Source of the DNA: Paraphysomonas bandaiensis
Lineage: Eukaryota; Protista; Chrysophyceae
Direction of reading: 5' to 3'
Length of the DNA stretch: 40,155 bases
Assembly (NCBI GenBank): GCA_965644295.1
Contig: CBFFRP010000320.1
Coordinates: forward strand, 1 to 40,155
Shown here: positions 1 through 12,283 of the stretch, piece after piece
Position numbering within the stretch: position 1 is the first letter of the stretch
Layout: each line of letters opens with the position of its first letter
Translations under genes and position numbers: made by a program
The notes under the pieces: model-generated
Seen by the model: only the letters and a program-made list of their open reading frames with translations
The model's database searches: none
What the model was told of the DNA's origin: nothing

Positions 1-1128
1 TTTGTGGTTGATTGCGTCATGGTATGTTTAGGTTAAACTATTGAAGGAATGTAATTATAACGGAAAGACTCGTGATGGTACTCACTAATCGGCATTCAAC
101 GAGTGGATAGTCGCTTGAAATATGAAATTGAGTGGTTGGATATGATATATTACTATTGAATACTGTGAATTTATATTCTCTGCTATTTTTATTACTGGAA
201 ATAAATATATGATTCAGCGATTACTTGGAAGTAGGACTAGGCAGATTTCGTTTTCCGAGGGTGTAACTTAATCTTAAAGCACTATTAAGTCCATCCTACA
301 CACTCTACCATAGATAAGAATCACAAATATATTCTTACTAACTAATTAACATATCGGAAGTGGAACAAGTGTTACTTCATATCTTCATATTTCATTTCGC
401 AAGTGCCATTATATGTTAGAATTAGACATTTCACTGAAGTTAACTTTGCTTTACACGTAACCTTAATCTTGCTATGTTGAACACAATGCACTCTCAAGTA
501 AGAAATAATAACTATTTTTCTGAACACTTCACTACATATTCGTGTAACATATGTTGAAACATCTGTTCTCAGCAACATCTGTTTATCATATGTTCATCAG
601 TCAGTTATATATCTTGTATAATCACACATCAGTAACTGAATTTAATACCTATAATCACCCGTTACACCTATGAGTTGACTTCACCTATTGCACACTATTA
701 ACTCACTTCAATTGCACAATATATATCACATCATATTGCAGAACTCAACATTATATACCTACGCAGAGCAAGCACAGACGCAAAGAAAGGATCAAATACG
801 AATAGTAAGTGCACGCTTTTGAAAGTAAGCGCAGCGGTTACAGATAATAATTGTGATAGTTGGTTAAAATACGTCTATTGCTTTCGGTACTTGTAGTGCA
901 GTCCAAATACAAAATATACTTTAGAATGTATTAAAATAGTATTAAATATACCACTCATGAGCATAATATCCACAGTGCGTCTGAATGAAGTCGCCACACA
1001 GCAAGTAATTACTAATTCTATAGTTTACCACACATTAACGAGTTTCCACCCTTTGAAATGCATGGGGAATTAGTAATGTACGAGGATTGAAAATATCATC
1101 AAAAACTACCTATAGAATATTCTACTTT

Positions 1129-3720
1129 CTACCATGTCATACGTTTGCCCAAGAGAGCAAATAGCCTCTCATTGTATGGCTCATAAAACTCTTCCAATTT
1201 TCTCTTAATTTCCGGGTCCATCGGAACGTATTCACGAGTATTTTTCGCCCCCAGGTCTTCTAAATCAGATGGCGGCAGTGAAATAAATTCGAAGACTCTA
1301 TTCAATGACTGCTGGACCTATATGTGGGCATGAAGTAAGTATGTACTATCAAATGGTTATATTTCGAGCAGTTCCACATTTACGTGATGAGGATGAGGCA
1401 ATATACAACTATCAGCCGAAAGCTTCCCACTAGTAACAACAACAGCAACAGAAACGCGCAAACATACCTCGGATTTACTTCCTTTTAATTCATCAATCGA
1501 CATCACCATAATTTGATCGGGAAAATTCTCTAACCATGGCTGAATCTGTAGTGCATAGAGTCCACTGCACATACGGCATGACGCGATTACATATATACAA
1601 ATTACATATTGAACATGTGGCACCGCCTAGTACGTACCGTGCAATAATGGAATGCCCACCGTGGTTCATTGGCAACGACGGGAGAACTTTATCTCTAAAT
1701 GTTTCATAGCTGCAGTCAGGCTGTATATATACAAAAGGTTAGAAAATCTAAAAACATAGCGCTTTTAAAAGAGCTTACGGTGATTCCGAGATTGGTTAAC
1801 TCTTCAATTTCTTTGTTCACAACTTCAGCAAACGATTTTCCCGTATACGACGACATGCCCCTACATACACATTAACATTATGTTTGTGCAACTAAAACAT
1901 ATCTATATCTGACCAATACCATTTATCGATTATGGATCATTAATATACATGTAACATTCAAAATATATCTACGCTACCTGACTTTAAGCTGTTCTGCAGT
2001 ACCGCTGGTATCTACAGCCATCTGGAATTGAGAGTACGCTCTAGCTGCAGGATTGCGTAGCATAACAAAGAATTTAATGTCTGAGAAGGGGAGAACAGAT
2101 TTTACTCTTGGGATGACGATGTCACTGCCAATAAAAATCATAAACGTGTGGGACGCAGCAAACTGAACCAGCTATATTTTATACATTGGCAGTCAAAAAT
2201 TACCTGTGAAGAAGATAAGACGGTGTACTTTCACCAGTTATGATGGTTCTGTGTTTATGCAGAGCTTCCGCGTGATAGAAATTCATATCTGCGAAAGCAA
2301 AATAGAGCTAGCGTAAGCACAAATACACAAAATACGTTCAGCAAATAAAGAGCTAGTCTATTGGAGTCAATCACGAAACGTGACCAAATATCAAAGTGGT
2401 GTAGCTGCTTCGCTGACTTACAGTATTTCAGCTGCTCCTCAGGCTTCGTCAGGTCTTTATTCCATCTCCAGTCAAAGTAATGGGTCTCCCGTCTTTTTCC
2501 ACGAACTACCAAGGGGTGCTGACAAATGTATTCATATAAAGAGGTGGTGCCGCATTTCTGTGCCCCTGTCCAGCAACATTATTTTAGATAGCATTCCCAC
2601 AAGTCACTACGTCACAATGCATATCGCACTCTACACTACAAATAAAATATATTCGTAGCTAACCCATCTGGGAAAGTGTATTCATTTCATCCCAGCGAGT
2701 GACCACATTGTGTACAATGACAAGAAATTAAGTACGCTATACCTAGTATAATGAATGCGGGATGAACAGGCGTAGTGTCCTCTTGTCCGTCAAAGTCAAT
2801 GCTCCTCCTCGTCTGATGGAGCACTTGACCAGGCTACGTAGACCCAATTAAATGTGTTTGCACATGTATATATATGCCACATTGTATGAGTGCTTCATAG
2901 AAAGTGCACTGCGTACCTGCAGCGTGTATCTGGTAATTGGGTAGTCCTCCACATAATCGAATATCAAATGTACCCGATTAAACGGTAGATTATTCGTTAC
3001 TGCATGCTTGGCTTGGTTATTGATTTCAACAATTCGGCCTTCGTTAAACATATAAGAAACCATACTCTGGTCGTTAGGACCAACAAGAAATTCCAGACCG
3101 TCTCCTGTGAAGCAGTGAGTGAGATGTAAAGGGCATCACAGAGTACCCACCAGTAATAATTGGTACATGAATACGGTGGGTGTGTTTAACCCAATGTCCA
3201 GTGTCGTGGTGAACCGGAATAACACATCCTGTACCACACAAAGTAGGCTCATTAAAACGATATCATGTTATTCCGCTGCATATATTACCTGGCGGCATGC
3301 TCGCAAGTAGCGACCGTACGATTTTCTTCTTATCAACACCTAATATGACACGTTAAAACCATCACATCATGTAATCATAATTCACCTATTGCTTCATATA
3401 TTGGATCTAGCAGAGTCTTCCATGACTCCTGCAGTGACCAGGGAAGATCAAGCACTTTCAGTAAGAAATCATCACAAAAAGTGAACACTATTTTTTTTAT
3501 TCCCCATTTATCGTGCGCAGGTCTCGTCAGCCTCACATTACCCGACTGATGCTCATCTTCCCACATCTCTGGAGGGAGTGAGAGCAACTTCTCCTTAAGA
3601 GCCGATACATCCACCTCCGCTCGAGTAACAGCCAGAGGGAAGTCTGGGGGCACCTCCAGCGAGCAAACGGGCTCTAGCTTGTGGCAGAGATCAACCACTC
3701 CAGGGGTGGGATAGCTTTTA
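1129..3720 (-). CDS. Multi-exon fusion: aspartyl/asparaginyl beta-hydroxylase-like Fe/2OG dioxygenase + heparan-sulfate-type (HS3ST/NDST-like) sulfotransferase; 5' end uncertain (may extend to ~3990)
   Basis: Hand-spliced exons give IPVHHDTGHWVKHTHRIHVPIIT...EINNQAKHAVTN..NRVHLIFDY (HxD...H...R), then PAFIILG|AQKCGTTSLYEYICQHPLVVRGKRRETHYFDW (5'-PAPS loop), FFVMLRNPAARAYSQF (3'-PB) and LEEFYEPYNERLFALLGKRMTW*. Stop TAG at 1129-1131. Confidence 0.85.
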
Positions 3721-4126
3721 TCATTTTAGTGAATCAATAGTCGAATGATATGAGTGCACGCTGCGTGTGTATATATATATGTACCACCACACCACTGCAG
3801 TTCAGTGTGTGCTGACTGCTCCGTATGTATATGTACACCGTACAGTACCGTCTGGTCTAGATGCACATACTTCCTCTTCACCATCAGCATGTAGCCAATC
3901 ATATTTACATATAAGTCGTTCAAACCTTTTGATTGGCGTATATTACTCAAGTGGTGAATATACCTATCAAAAAAATTTCTGAACTTTACTTATGGGCTCA
4001 GGCTCTGTACACGTACACGTACACGTACACGCATATATATGTATATGTACAGGTAGGTTGGGATGCACAAGTCCCACGCCTATATATCATACATACTGCT
4101 GCATCTAACGCGGGTCGGAGGTCCCT

Positions 4127-5833
4127 ATGGATGTAAAGTATGACCTGGTGAGTTCCGAGGAGGATGTCGTGTCTCGTGTCGATGTCCAGGAGGAGGTTGA
4201 CGGTGATGGTGATGGTGAGAGTGAAGCGCTCTGTCGTAGAGGGACACTGGCATCTATTGTAACGAGAGCTCTGCCGGTGTGTGTCACGTTTCTTCTAGGC
4301 ATCGGAGTCAACTTTGTAACGCTGTATTTTGCTGGTCATCTGAGTAAGACCACCAGCGACACTTCTACTTTTGCAGGCGTCTCCATGGCGATATTGTTCT
4401 CTAACATATCTTGCATATCGATCATCATCGGCATGACAGGCGCTGTTGAGACACTCGGCAGTCAGCATTATGGTGCAAAGAACTACAGGGAAGTTGGCAT
4501 CGTCCTGCAGCGCTCAGTCGTTGTTCTATCACTCATGGTTGTCCCTGGATTCATGATGTGGTGTTTTGTAGACAAAATATTTTTAATGCTGGGAGTTGCG
4601 TCAGATATATGTCACGTTATGAAAAAGTTTTTGCTTATCCGCGCATTTGCTATCCCCACTGATGTTGTGTCTGTTTCCTACGAGAAGTATCTTATGAGTA
4701 TGGGCGTAATGCACCCATCAATGTACGGTACAATTCTTGTCAACATTCTTCTGGTATGCATCGATTCATTATTCGTTCATGGGTTCGGGTGGGGGTATGA
4801 GAGCTTGGCATGGGCCTTTGTTTTAAGCCGGTATGTTAGTGACACTACGGTTATATTAATTAGTTGGAACAACCCGGCTGTGATTCTCACTAGACAGATG
4901 CCGCATCCAGATGCGCTAAACAATATATATGAGTTTATCAAGCTTGGACTACCAGCATGTGCGATGCTATGCTCAGAGTGGTGGGCTTTCGGTATGTCTC
5001 AATCTGAATTGGTTTTGTGTTTGTATTTGTTTCCTTATCATGCTACAGTGTTGTGGGTATATATATACTCTGGCCTTCTTTGTAGTACGTTGTGTATAGG
5101 TTACTGTGTACAGCTATAAAACAATGTATAATGTTTTGAATTCCTAATATATGACCGTGTTTTTGCAGAGATTTTAGTTATATTTGCTAGTCAGCTCGGG
5201 TCAGATGAAGTCTCTGCCCAGACCATTATATCACAAATTGGAACGGTGGCGTTCATGATACCTCTTAGCATAGGCATTGCATCGTCCTCTCTTATTGGTA
5301 ATTCCCTCGGTGCTAACAAACCCCACCTGGCTAAGTACATTGCACGGATTGCGTTGCAAAGCCTCTGTCTAATTGAGCTTTTCATCAGCCCATGTATTGT
5401 TCTCTTTGCCCCTGCATTCGTGAGAATATTTTCAAGCAGCCCAAGTGTCATTGATATTGTGGTTAAAGCTAGCTACCTCTTATCAGTGTTCACTTTTGCG
5501 GACGGACTACAGGCCGTATCCTCCGGAATCTTACGAGGGGCTGGGAAGCAATTTTATGGTGCATATACTAATGTATTCTCGTACTATGCTGTAGGACTAC
5601 CATTAGCATGGCTGCTTTGTTTCCATTCATCTTGGGGAGTGTTAGGGCTGATGGGCGGATTGGCGTTCGGAACATTGTTGCAAAGCATTACATTACTGTT
5701 GTTAATATTGTGCCGAAGCGACAAAATATTTATTCCCTCCGAGCATGTGAAAGCTGTAGCTTTAGAAAACGTGGGGCCATGGTGTCATAGTAAGGATGTA
5801 GAGATGAGTATGGAAACAAAACCTATTACATAA
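4127..5833 (+). CDS. MATE family multidrug/toxin efflux transporter (exons 4127-4991, 5169-5833)
   Basis: ETLGSQHYGAKNY, LPACAMLCSEWWAF|EIL, GNSLGANKP, DGLQAVSSGILRGAGKQ and YYAVGLP motifs. GT..AG intron 4992-5168 joins the two ORFs in phase. Confidence 0.93.
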
Positions 5834-6321
5834 GCTGTATGCACCCATAAACTGTAGAAGCTACTAATTAACGTGTATTTGATATAATTTGTATTAAGAA
5901 AGTCATAACTGGCTATTATTAATAAATATCGAGTCCTGTGTTACGTCGATATTCTTATGTGCCTACAATGTAAGAAAATTCTCTCTATGGCAATGTTTAA
6001 TATATTACCACTTCGAGAATGGCTACTAAGTAGCCATAGTATACCGTGAGGTAACATGACATGTGCGATATATATATTCAGAAGTCGTTTTTATTATACT
6101 CGTCTGCTTCTAAAGGCAGAACTCACAGCTCCAGTATTATATAAATCATAGAGAAAACATCAATAACACACTTATAATCTTATAATTGCCTGTTGGATAG
6201 CTAGGGAGTCTATGGGCATCTTTGCCATCCAATGTAACCAGTCCGATACGAGTAAAAGAACACGTAATAGTAAGTTGTTTTCTTGACTCCTGAGGACAGT
6301 CACCAATAATACCCCGTCGAT

Positions 6322-6614
6322 TATTAGAATATGGACTGTATCCTAGTATATTCAATGTGGTACTTGAAGACAATGTACGAGAATACAGTGAAGTATGGTG
6401 ATGTGTAGATGCTGTTATGATATTGAGAAAACTGAAATAGTTTGCTCTTTCAAGATATGTTTAGTAGCGAAAGGTCTACAGAAGTAGTGATTTATGCATG
6501 GCACAAAACGAGCTTGTGTTGTTTAACACAATTTGTGTAAACGATATTAATAAATCTATCTAGTCTAACAACTTAATCTCTCTTTGATCTAAGTAAAATG
6601 AGCATTTCCCAACA
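6322..6614 (+). repeat. Copia-A 5' LTR (TATT...AACA); contains the gag ATG at 6598
   Basis: Matches 11485-11777 with no difference found by eye. Confidence 0.95.
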
Positions 6615-9600
6615 TGGTAGCGAGCGAGGAGGAGAGAAGGAGGATAGAGGAGTAGTTCCTCAGTTCAACGAGACTAACGTTGAACAATGGATTGAGGACT
6701 TCGAGACATTCCTTATGAGGAAGGAACAAAGCGAGGTAGCGGTGGAACTGCCACCTAAGGAGAGCGACTTCGGGGAGCAGCCACTTACGTTGATGGAGGA
6801 GAAGGCGTACAGACAGGCTGTGAAGAGGTATTGGAAGGCGAACGCCATAGCTTATTCTTACTGCAGGGATGCGGTGCAGCATTCCCCGAAAGCGCTGCGT
6901 AAATTCCATCTTACCCACAAAGCGTTCAAGGCAGAAGGGAGTGGTGTAAACAGGTTCAAAACACATGTAATGATTGATGAGTTGAAGAAGTGTTTTGCTG
7001 GAGGGAAGCAAAATAGGATCAGTGACCTCTTAACTCAATATGGTTCTTTCCGTATGCGTCCGGAGGAGACGGCGAAGGACTACGTACTACGGTTCGAACT
7101 ACTGCTGAAGGAACTACAGGAGCAGCAGCAGGATATCTCGGAGGTATCAAAAACAAGTCGACTACGAGAAGGCTTGCTCAATGAAGAGTATGCTCAACTG
7201 AGAGTTGGATTATACTTGATGGATGATGATGTTAATTATGTAACTGTATCACGTAAGATAGAAGGCTATGATGATACTATGGCTGGGAAGGAAGCGTTGG
7301 AGAAGAAGCGTAAAAGAGTGGAGGAGCTGAACCTGATAGACAGTAAGAAACGATATCGCAGAGAGAGGGATCATCGTAAGAAGAACAACGGTAAGAAGAA
7401 GCCGATGAAGAAGGATACAGAGATTACAGGGCAGCGACCTGGAAGTGCCGAATATACTGGGTGCAGAAATTGTAAGTCAAAGGAACATCTTGCCATCGAT
7501 TGTCCAGCATCGAAAAAGAAGTACTCGCAAAGCAAGAGCAAGGCTGTGAGGTTTCAAGATGGAAGGAAACCAGACAAAAGACTACTTACAGTTGAAAACA
7601 TCAGGCGTGGAGAGCCAGCGGATTTGTCTGACGATGACGAAGCAAATATGATCGAGCAACAGGAAGAGTATCACTTGTCATGTAATGTGTATGAGACGAA
7701 TATATGCAGTAGTGTGCATGAGGATATTCACTATACATACATTGATACCTGTTGTTCGTCATCAATGTTTTTGATAAATGATGTGAATATACTTGATAGT
7801 CATATGCACACATCAAAGGTTATTAATGGTTCGAAAAAAGGGTCAGAGATATGCGTCACGAGTGTAGGTTCCCGTGGAGCATGGAAGAACATTGAGGTAT
7901 CAAGTCAGATAAATCGGTGTCTTTGTTCTGGACGGAAGTTGAACGATATGGGATATCGATTTACTGTATGGTATGGTATACAGATATATGACAGAAATAC
8001 GGATGAGCTGGTGTTGGAGGGACCTATGAAGAATGGAATGACTGCTGTGCCAACACAGCAGTTATTGGAGCTTCCAGACGTATCGACATCCAGTGATTCA
8101 GAAGTAAATCTCAGTGACCGTACGGGTGAGGATGAACTGGAGCTGTTACATAGGAGAGCGGGTCATTTTAACAAGCATGCGTTGGTAGAAGCCCACAAAA
8201 GAATGCTAATTATTGGGACTGGACTGAAACGAAAACATCTCTCGAAACGTGTTTCCAAAGAACAGTGTCTATGTGATGTATGCGCCAGGGCGAAGATCAC
8301 CAGAGTAAGTTTTCGGACAAAGGATGAGGACTCCGTTCGTCCAAATTTCTCGGCCGATGTAGCAGTATACTTAAATTGTCCAGCTCGAGGAGGGGAAATA
8401 TATGTGCTCAAACTAACACACCATGCCAGTCGGATGTTCTGGTCGGAAGGGCTTGTTCATAGGACTGGGTCATCGGTACTGCAGGTTTTCAAGAAGATTT
8501 TTGAAGGAGATGTGAAAAGGTACAAATTAGAAATGCATCATTACCATGCAGATGGAGCAGGGGAGCTAATATGTGATGAGCTGCGACAATATCTTAGGTC
8601 ACAGGGTTGCTATCAACATACGTGGAGCTCTACGGACTCTCCTGAGATGAACGCGATTGAGGAGCGGAAATTCAGGACCTGTGGTGAGATGACATTAGCG
8701 ATGCTGATTCAGTCAGGATTGCCTTCACAGTTTTGGCTAGATGCCTACATGGCAGCCAGGTACATATTAATTCGATTGCCTACAAAGACAGCGAAGGGGT
8801 ATATGTCCCCTCTTGAATTTTTGACTGGTGAGGCTCCCAACCTGAAATATCTCAGAGTATGGGGGTGTCGTGCGTATGTCCTCACTACAAAGGCGGATCG
8901 ACGGAAAGACTGGGACGACAAGGCCCTTATCGGATATCTGATAGGATATTCAGATGAAAAGGTAGGATATGATGTATATCTACCTGCGACTGATAGGGTC
9001 GTCACGTCGGTACATGTATTAACTGATGAGTCCATACCGTCACGCTCGGAGAGCTATTTCGCTGAGATAGATGCTCTTCGAGTGAAGGAGGCCGAGAGAC
9101 CGAAGATTGTGTCTGACTATGCGGGCTTAGAAGGTACATATCATATTGATGATGAGGATGGTCTTCTCTACAAGACCACGAGAGTAGTAGAACGAAAGGG
9201 GGTAATAGTAGCCTATCGATCTCTGGTAACTGCAGGTCGGACGCAATATCGAGCACCGGGTGCCGATTCACGTCGAGGACGTAGTGCGAATGACTGCAGA
9301 AACTCCCGGGAATACCGGATATATAGGAAAGGGGGACGCCCTGAGTACTATGCCAGCCAGGGTGCTGGACCAGGGAAGACCTGGAGGGTTACAGGAGAGT
9401 CCTGACCCAACCTGTCAGGAGACAGCTGTGAGGTTGCAGACCTCTGAAGACTATGAGTCTGGGGTTGTGAGCGGGGCTCCTCCCACAACGCACGATGTGC
9501 GTGCTCAGGATGAGCAAGGTACGGGTTCTTATATACCTCGTCGACAGATTGAACTAGATGGTGATGGTCGGGTTCGACGCAAACGGCTGCAGCGGAGACT

Positions 9601-11311
9601 GGCAAACGCGTCGGTTTTAGGAGAGATTAATATGGTTGAAGTACCGGATGCGCATAATATTGATCTTAACCATGCAGAGACAGAAGATATCAAGATACCA
9701 AATTCATATGCCGAGGCAGAGAGATCTCCACAGTATCAACAATGGAGAAAAGCTCGGATGGTGGAGAAGACATCATTGCTGAAAAGACGTGTCTTGAAGA
9801 TAGTGAAAATTCCAAGCGGAGTGAAATTAGTTAGAGCGAAATATGTGCATACGGTGAAGCGAGACATACTAGGGAATATAGTAAAGTACAAGGCTCGGCT
9901 AGTGGCATTAGGAAATCTCCAAGAGAAGAAGGAGGAGGAGCCGTCCACTTTCGCTCCAGTGGTTAAGGGTATAACCATTAGACTAGTGTTAGCGATTGCG
10001 TTTATGTTACAGATGCATGTGCATCAATTAGATGTATCATCCGCATTTTGCTATGCAGATCTGGAGGATGACGTTTATATGGCACCTCCACCAGATGAGG
10101 AATTACTAGCTGGATGGTGTTTTCAACTAATCAAGGCATTGTATGGACTGCGATCTTCACCGCGACAGTGGAATAAACATATTGACAAGTTTATTAAATC
10201 ATTGCATTTTACTCCGTGTATTTTGGATACGTGTTTGTATATGCGATGGAGTAACGGAAAACTGCATTTATTATTGATATATGTTGATGATATCATAATT
10301 GCATCCGCTGATCTGACTTACTTGGAAAGCGTAAAGCGTAGGTTCTGTGAAACATTCGAGATGCATGATCTGGGAGTGTGTAAGCGATTTCTGAACATCA
10401 GGATAACCAGAGGAGAAAATTGGTATATGTTAGATCAATCTGAGTATGCTAAGAATATTATCAAGAAATTCAGCTCAGTTATGGGAAAGAGTAGTAAGAA
10501 TAAGGAGGCCCCACTACCTACTAATGTTCAGGATCTGTTGGCAGAGGAACGTGAACTTACGGAGGAGCAGAAGCAGTGGGTTGACTCATTTCCGTATCGG
10601 CAAATTATTGGAGCAGTGTTGTATCTAGCAATGCATACTAGACCTGATCTGGCTTATGCAGTGGGGTTATTGTCTCGATTTAGTAGTTGTCCGACATATG
10701 CATCGTGCAAACTGGCGATTCACTTATTGAAATATTTGCGTGGAACAATTGATGAGGGCATCAGATTCAGTGGGAGTGAGTTCGACTTACATGTGTTCAG
10801 TGATTCAGATTGGGCTGGTGATAGACTGACTCGGCGATCGACAACAGGATACATTGTGTTCTTATGTGCAGGCGCATTGGCCTGGCAGTCTAAACTACAG
10901 ACCACAGTTGCAACTTCGAGCATGGAATCTGAATATATGGCGGAGTATGCGGCTATGCAAGAACTGGTGTGGCTTCGGGGGGTGTTCAAGGAGCTCGGGC
11001 TCTTAGTTGCGAAGCCGACTCCATTCTTTATGGATAGCAAGAGTGCGAAAGATCTCTCCGAGAATCCTGTGTATCATAAGAGGTCGAAGCATATAGACAT
11101 CAAGTATCACTGGGTGAGAGAGCATGTAAATGGAAAATTTCCTACGGCAAAGTTGATTCATGTGTCGACGGATGATATGGCGGCTGATATTTTCACGAAG
11201 GCATTGTCAACGAAACTTTTCAGTCGTCATGAGAAAACTATTACCGGGGTTAAGAGAAGTGTGTCAACCAGAGTTGAGGAGCAGCAGAAGAAGCGACCCC
11301 GAAGAGGTTAA
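6598..11311 (+). CDS. Copia-A Gag-Pol polyprotein, split by one +1 frameshift at ~9230-9260
   Basis: CCHC knuckle CRNCKSKEHLAIDC; protease YIDTCCSS; integrase HRRAGH..CDVC, YHADGAGE, MNAIEERK; RT KARLVALG, QLDVSSAF, LYGLRSSPRQW, IYVDD; RNase H FSDSDWAGD and RSKHIDIKYHW. Confidence 0.93.
6615..6625 (+). promoter_or_regulatory. Primer-binding site TGGTAGCGAGC, probably for initiator tRNA-Met
   Basis: Directly follows the LTR. TGG-T-A implies CCA, A73, U72 as in eukaryotic initiator tRNA. The same sequence occurs at 31766 in Copia-B. Confidence 0.75.
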
Positions 11312-11475
11312 AGGTGTGTTTTAGTGGGTGAGAATCCCACATAACTATATATCTAGTTGACTGCTAGTTATATATGTATCTTGATAAGATTTCACATCTA
11401 TTTTACCTATGAGACTAGTTTATAGCATGAAGATCACTGTACTCATTGTTGTTTCGTATCACTGCATTCTACATT

Positions 11476-11484
11476 GAGTGGGAG
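11476..11484 (+). promoter_or_regulatory. Polypurine tract of Copia-A
   Basis: GAGTGGGAG immediately before the 3' LTR. Confidence 0.7.
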
Positions 11485-11777
11485 TATTAGAATATGGACT
11501 GTATCCTAGTATATTCAATGTGGTACTTGAAGACAATGTACGAGAATACAGTGAAGTATGGTGATGTGTAGATGCTGTTATGATATTGAGAAAACTGAAA
11601 TAGTTTGCTCTTTCAAGATATGTTTAGTAGCGAAAGGTCTACAGAAGTAGTGATTTATGCATGGCACAAAACGAGCTTGTGTTGTTTAACACAATTTGTG
11701 TAAACGATATTAATAAATCTATCTAGTCTAACAACTTAATCTCTCTTTGATCTAAGTAAAATGAGCATTTCCCAACA
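11485..11777 (+). repeat. Copia-A 3' LTR
   Basis: Direct repeat of 6322-6614, followed by TSD TCGAT. Confidence 0.95.
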
Positions 11778-12283
11778 TCGATAACGTGTTTACGATATCT
11801 AACAATAAATTAGTGAAGAAAATCAGACAAATCAGGGCTAGGAAACAATATACAATATATTGAATTGCAATACATTGTACAATATATTGTAATTGTATTG
11901 TTGGGCTGTTTAAAATCTCCATCAATAGTATTGTTGGAACGCTCTCTAACAATAGTACTGCAATATACTGTTTCCTAGCCCTGACACAAACAATTATAGC
12001 TAAAAACACATATGCTGTACTACGTAGCGGTTATAGCAGTACCATGTGCACCACCCACACTCTATCGACTTGCTACAGAATAACACATGTGGTGTCTGAT
12101 TTGTAAAGTCGTTCACAGCTGATAGATTTTACTGAATGATGAGATAAAATATCATTGTTAGATTCATCGAAGGTTTCAACTTCTATACTAATAATTATTG
12201 GGATACATCCAAACGACCATCTTGCCGTTACATTAACATATACATGACCTCTAGGAACACTTAAAATACATTGAAAAAAAATC

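Larger units (their letters stand above)
6322..11777 (+). mobile_element. Full-length Ty1/Copia LTR retrotransposon (Copia-A)
   Basis: Two 293-bp direct LTRs; 5-bp TSD TCGAT (6317-6321 and 11778-11782); PBS and PPT present; domain order Gag-PR-IN-RT-RNaseH. Confidence 0.97.

Noticed and set aside
1-1100. 68-aa ORF at 372-578 and AT-rich flank
   Set aside because: No motifs or convincing splice structure; treated as intergenic or UTR.
4006-4031. (GTACAC)n microsatellite and the TYTYTY ORF
   Set aside because: Simple low-complexity repeat. The overlapping short ORFs are incidental.
6146-12009. Host gene disrupted by Copia-A (minus-strand ORFs on both flanks)
   Set aside because: Removing the element and one TSD joins the ORFs out of frame, with a stop within a few codons. 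No recognisable motifs.
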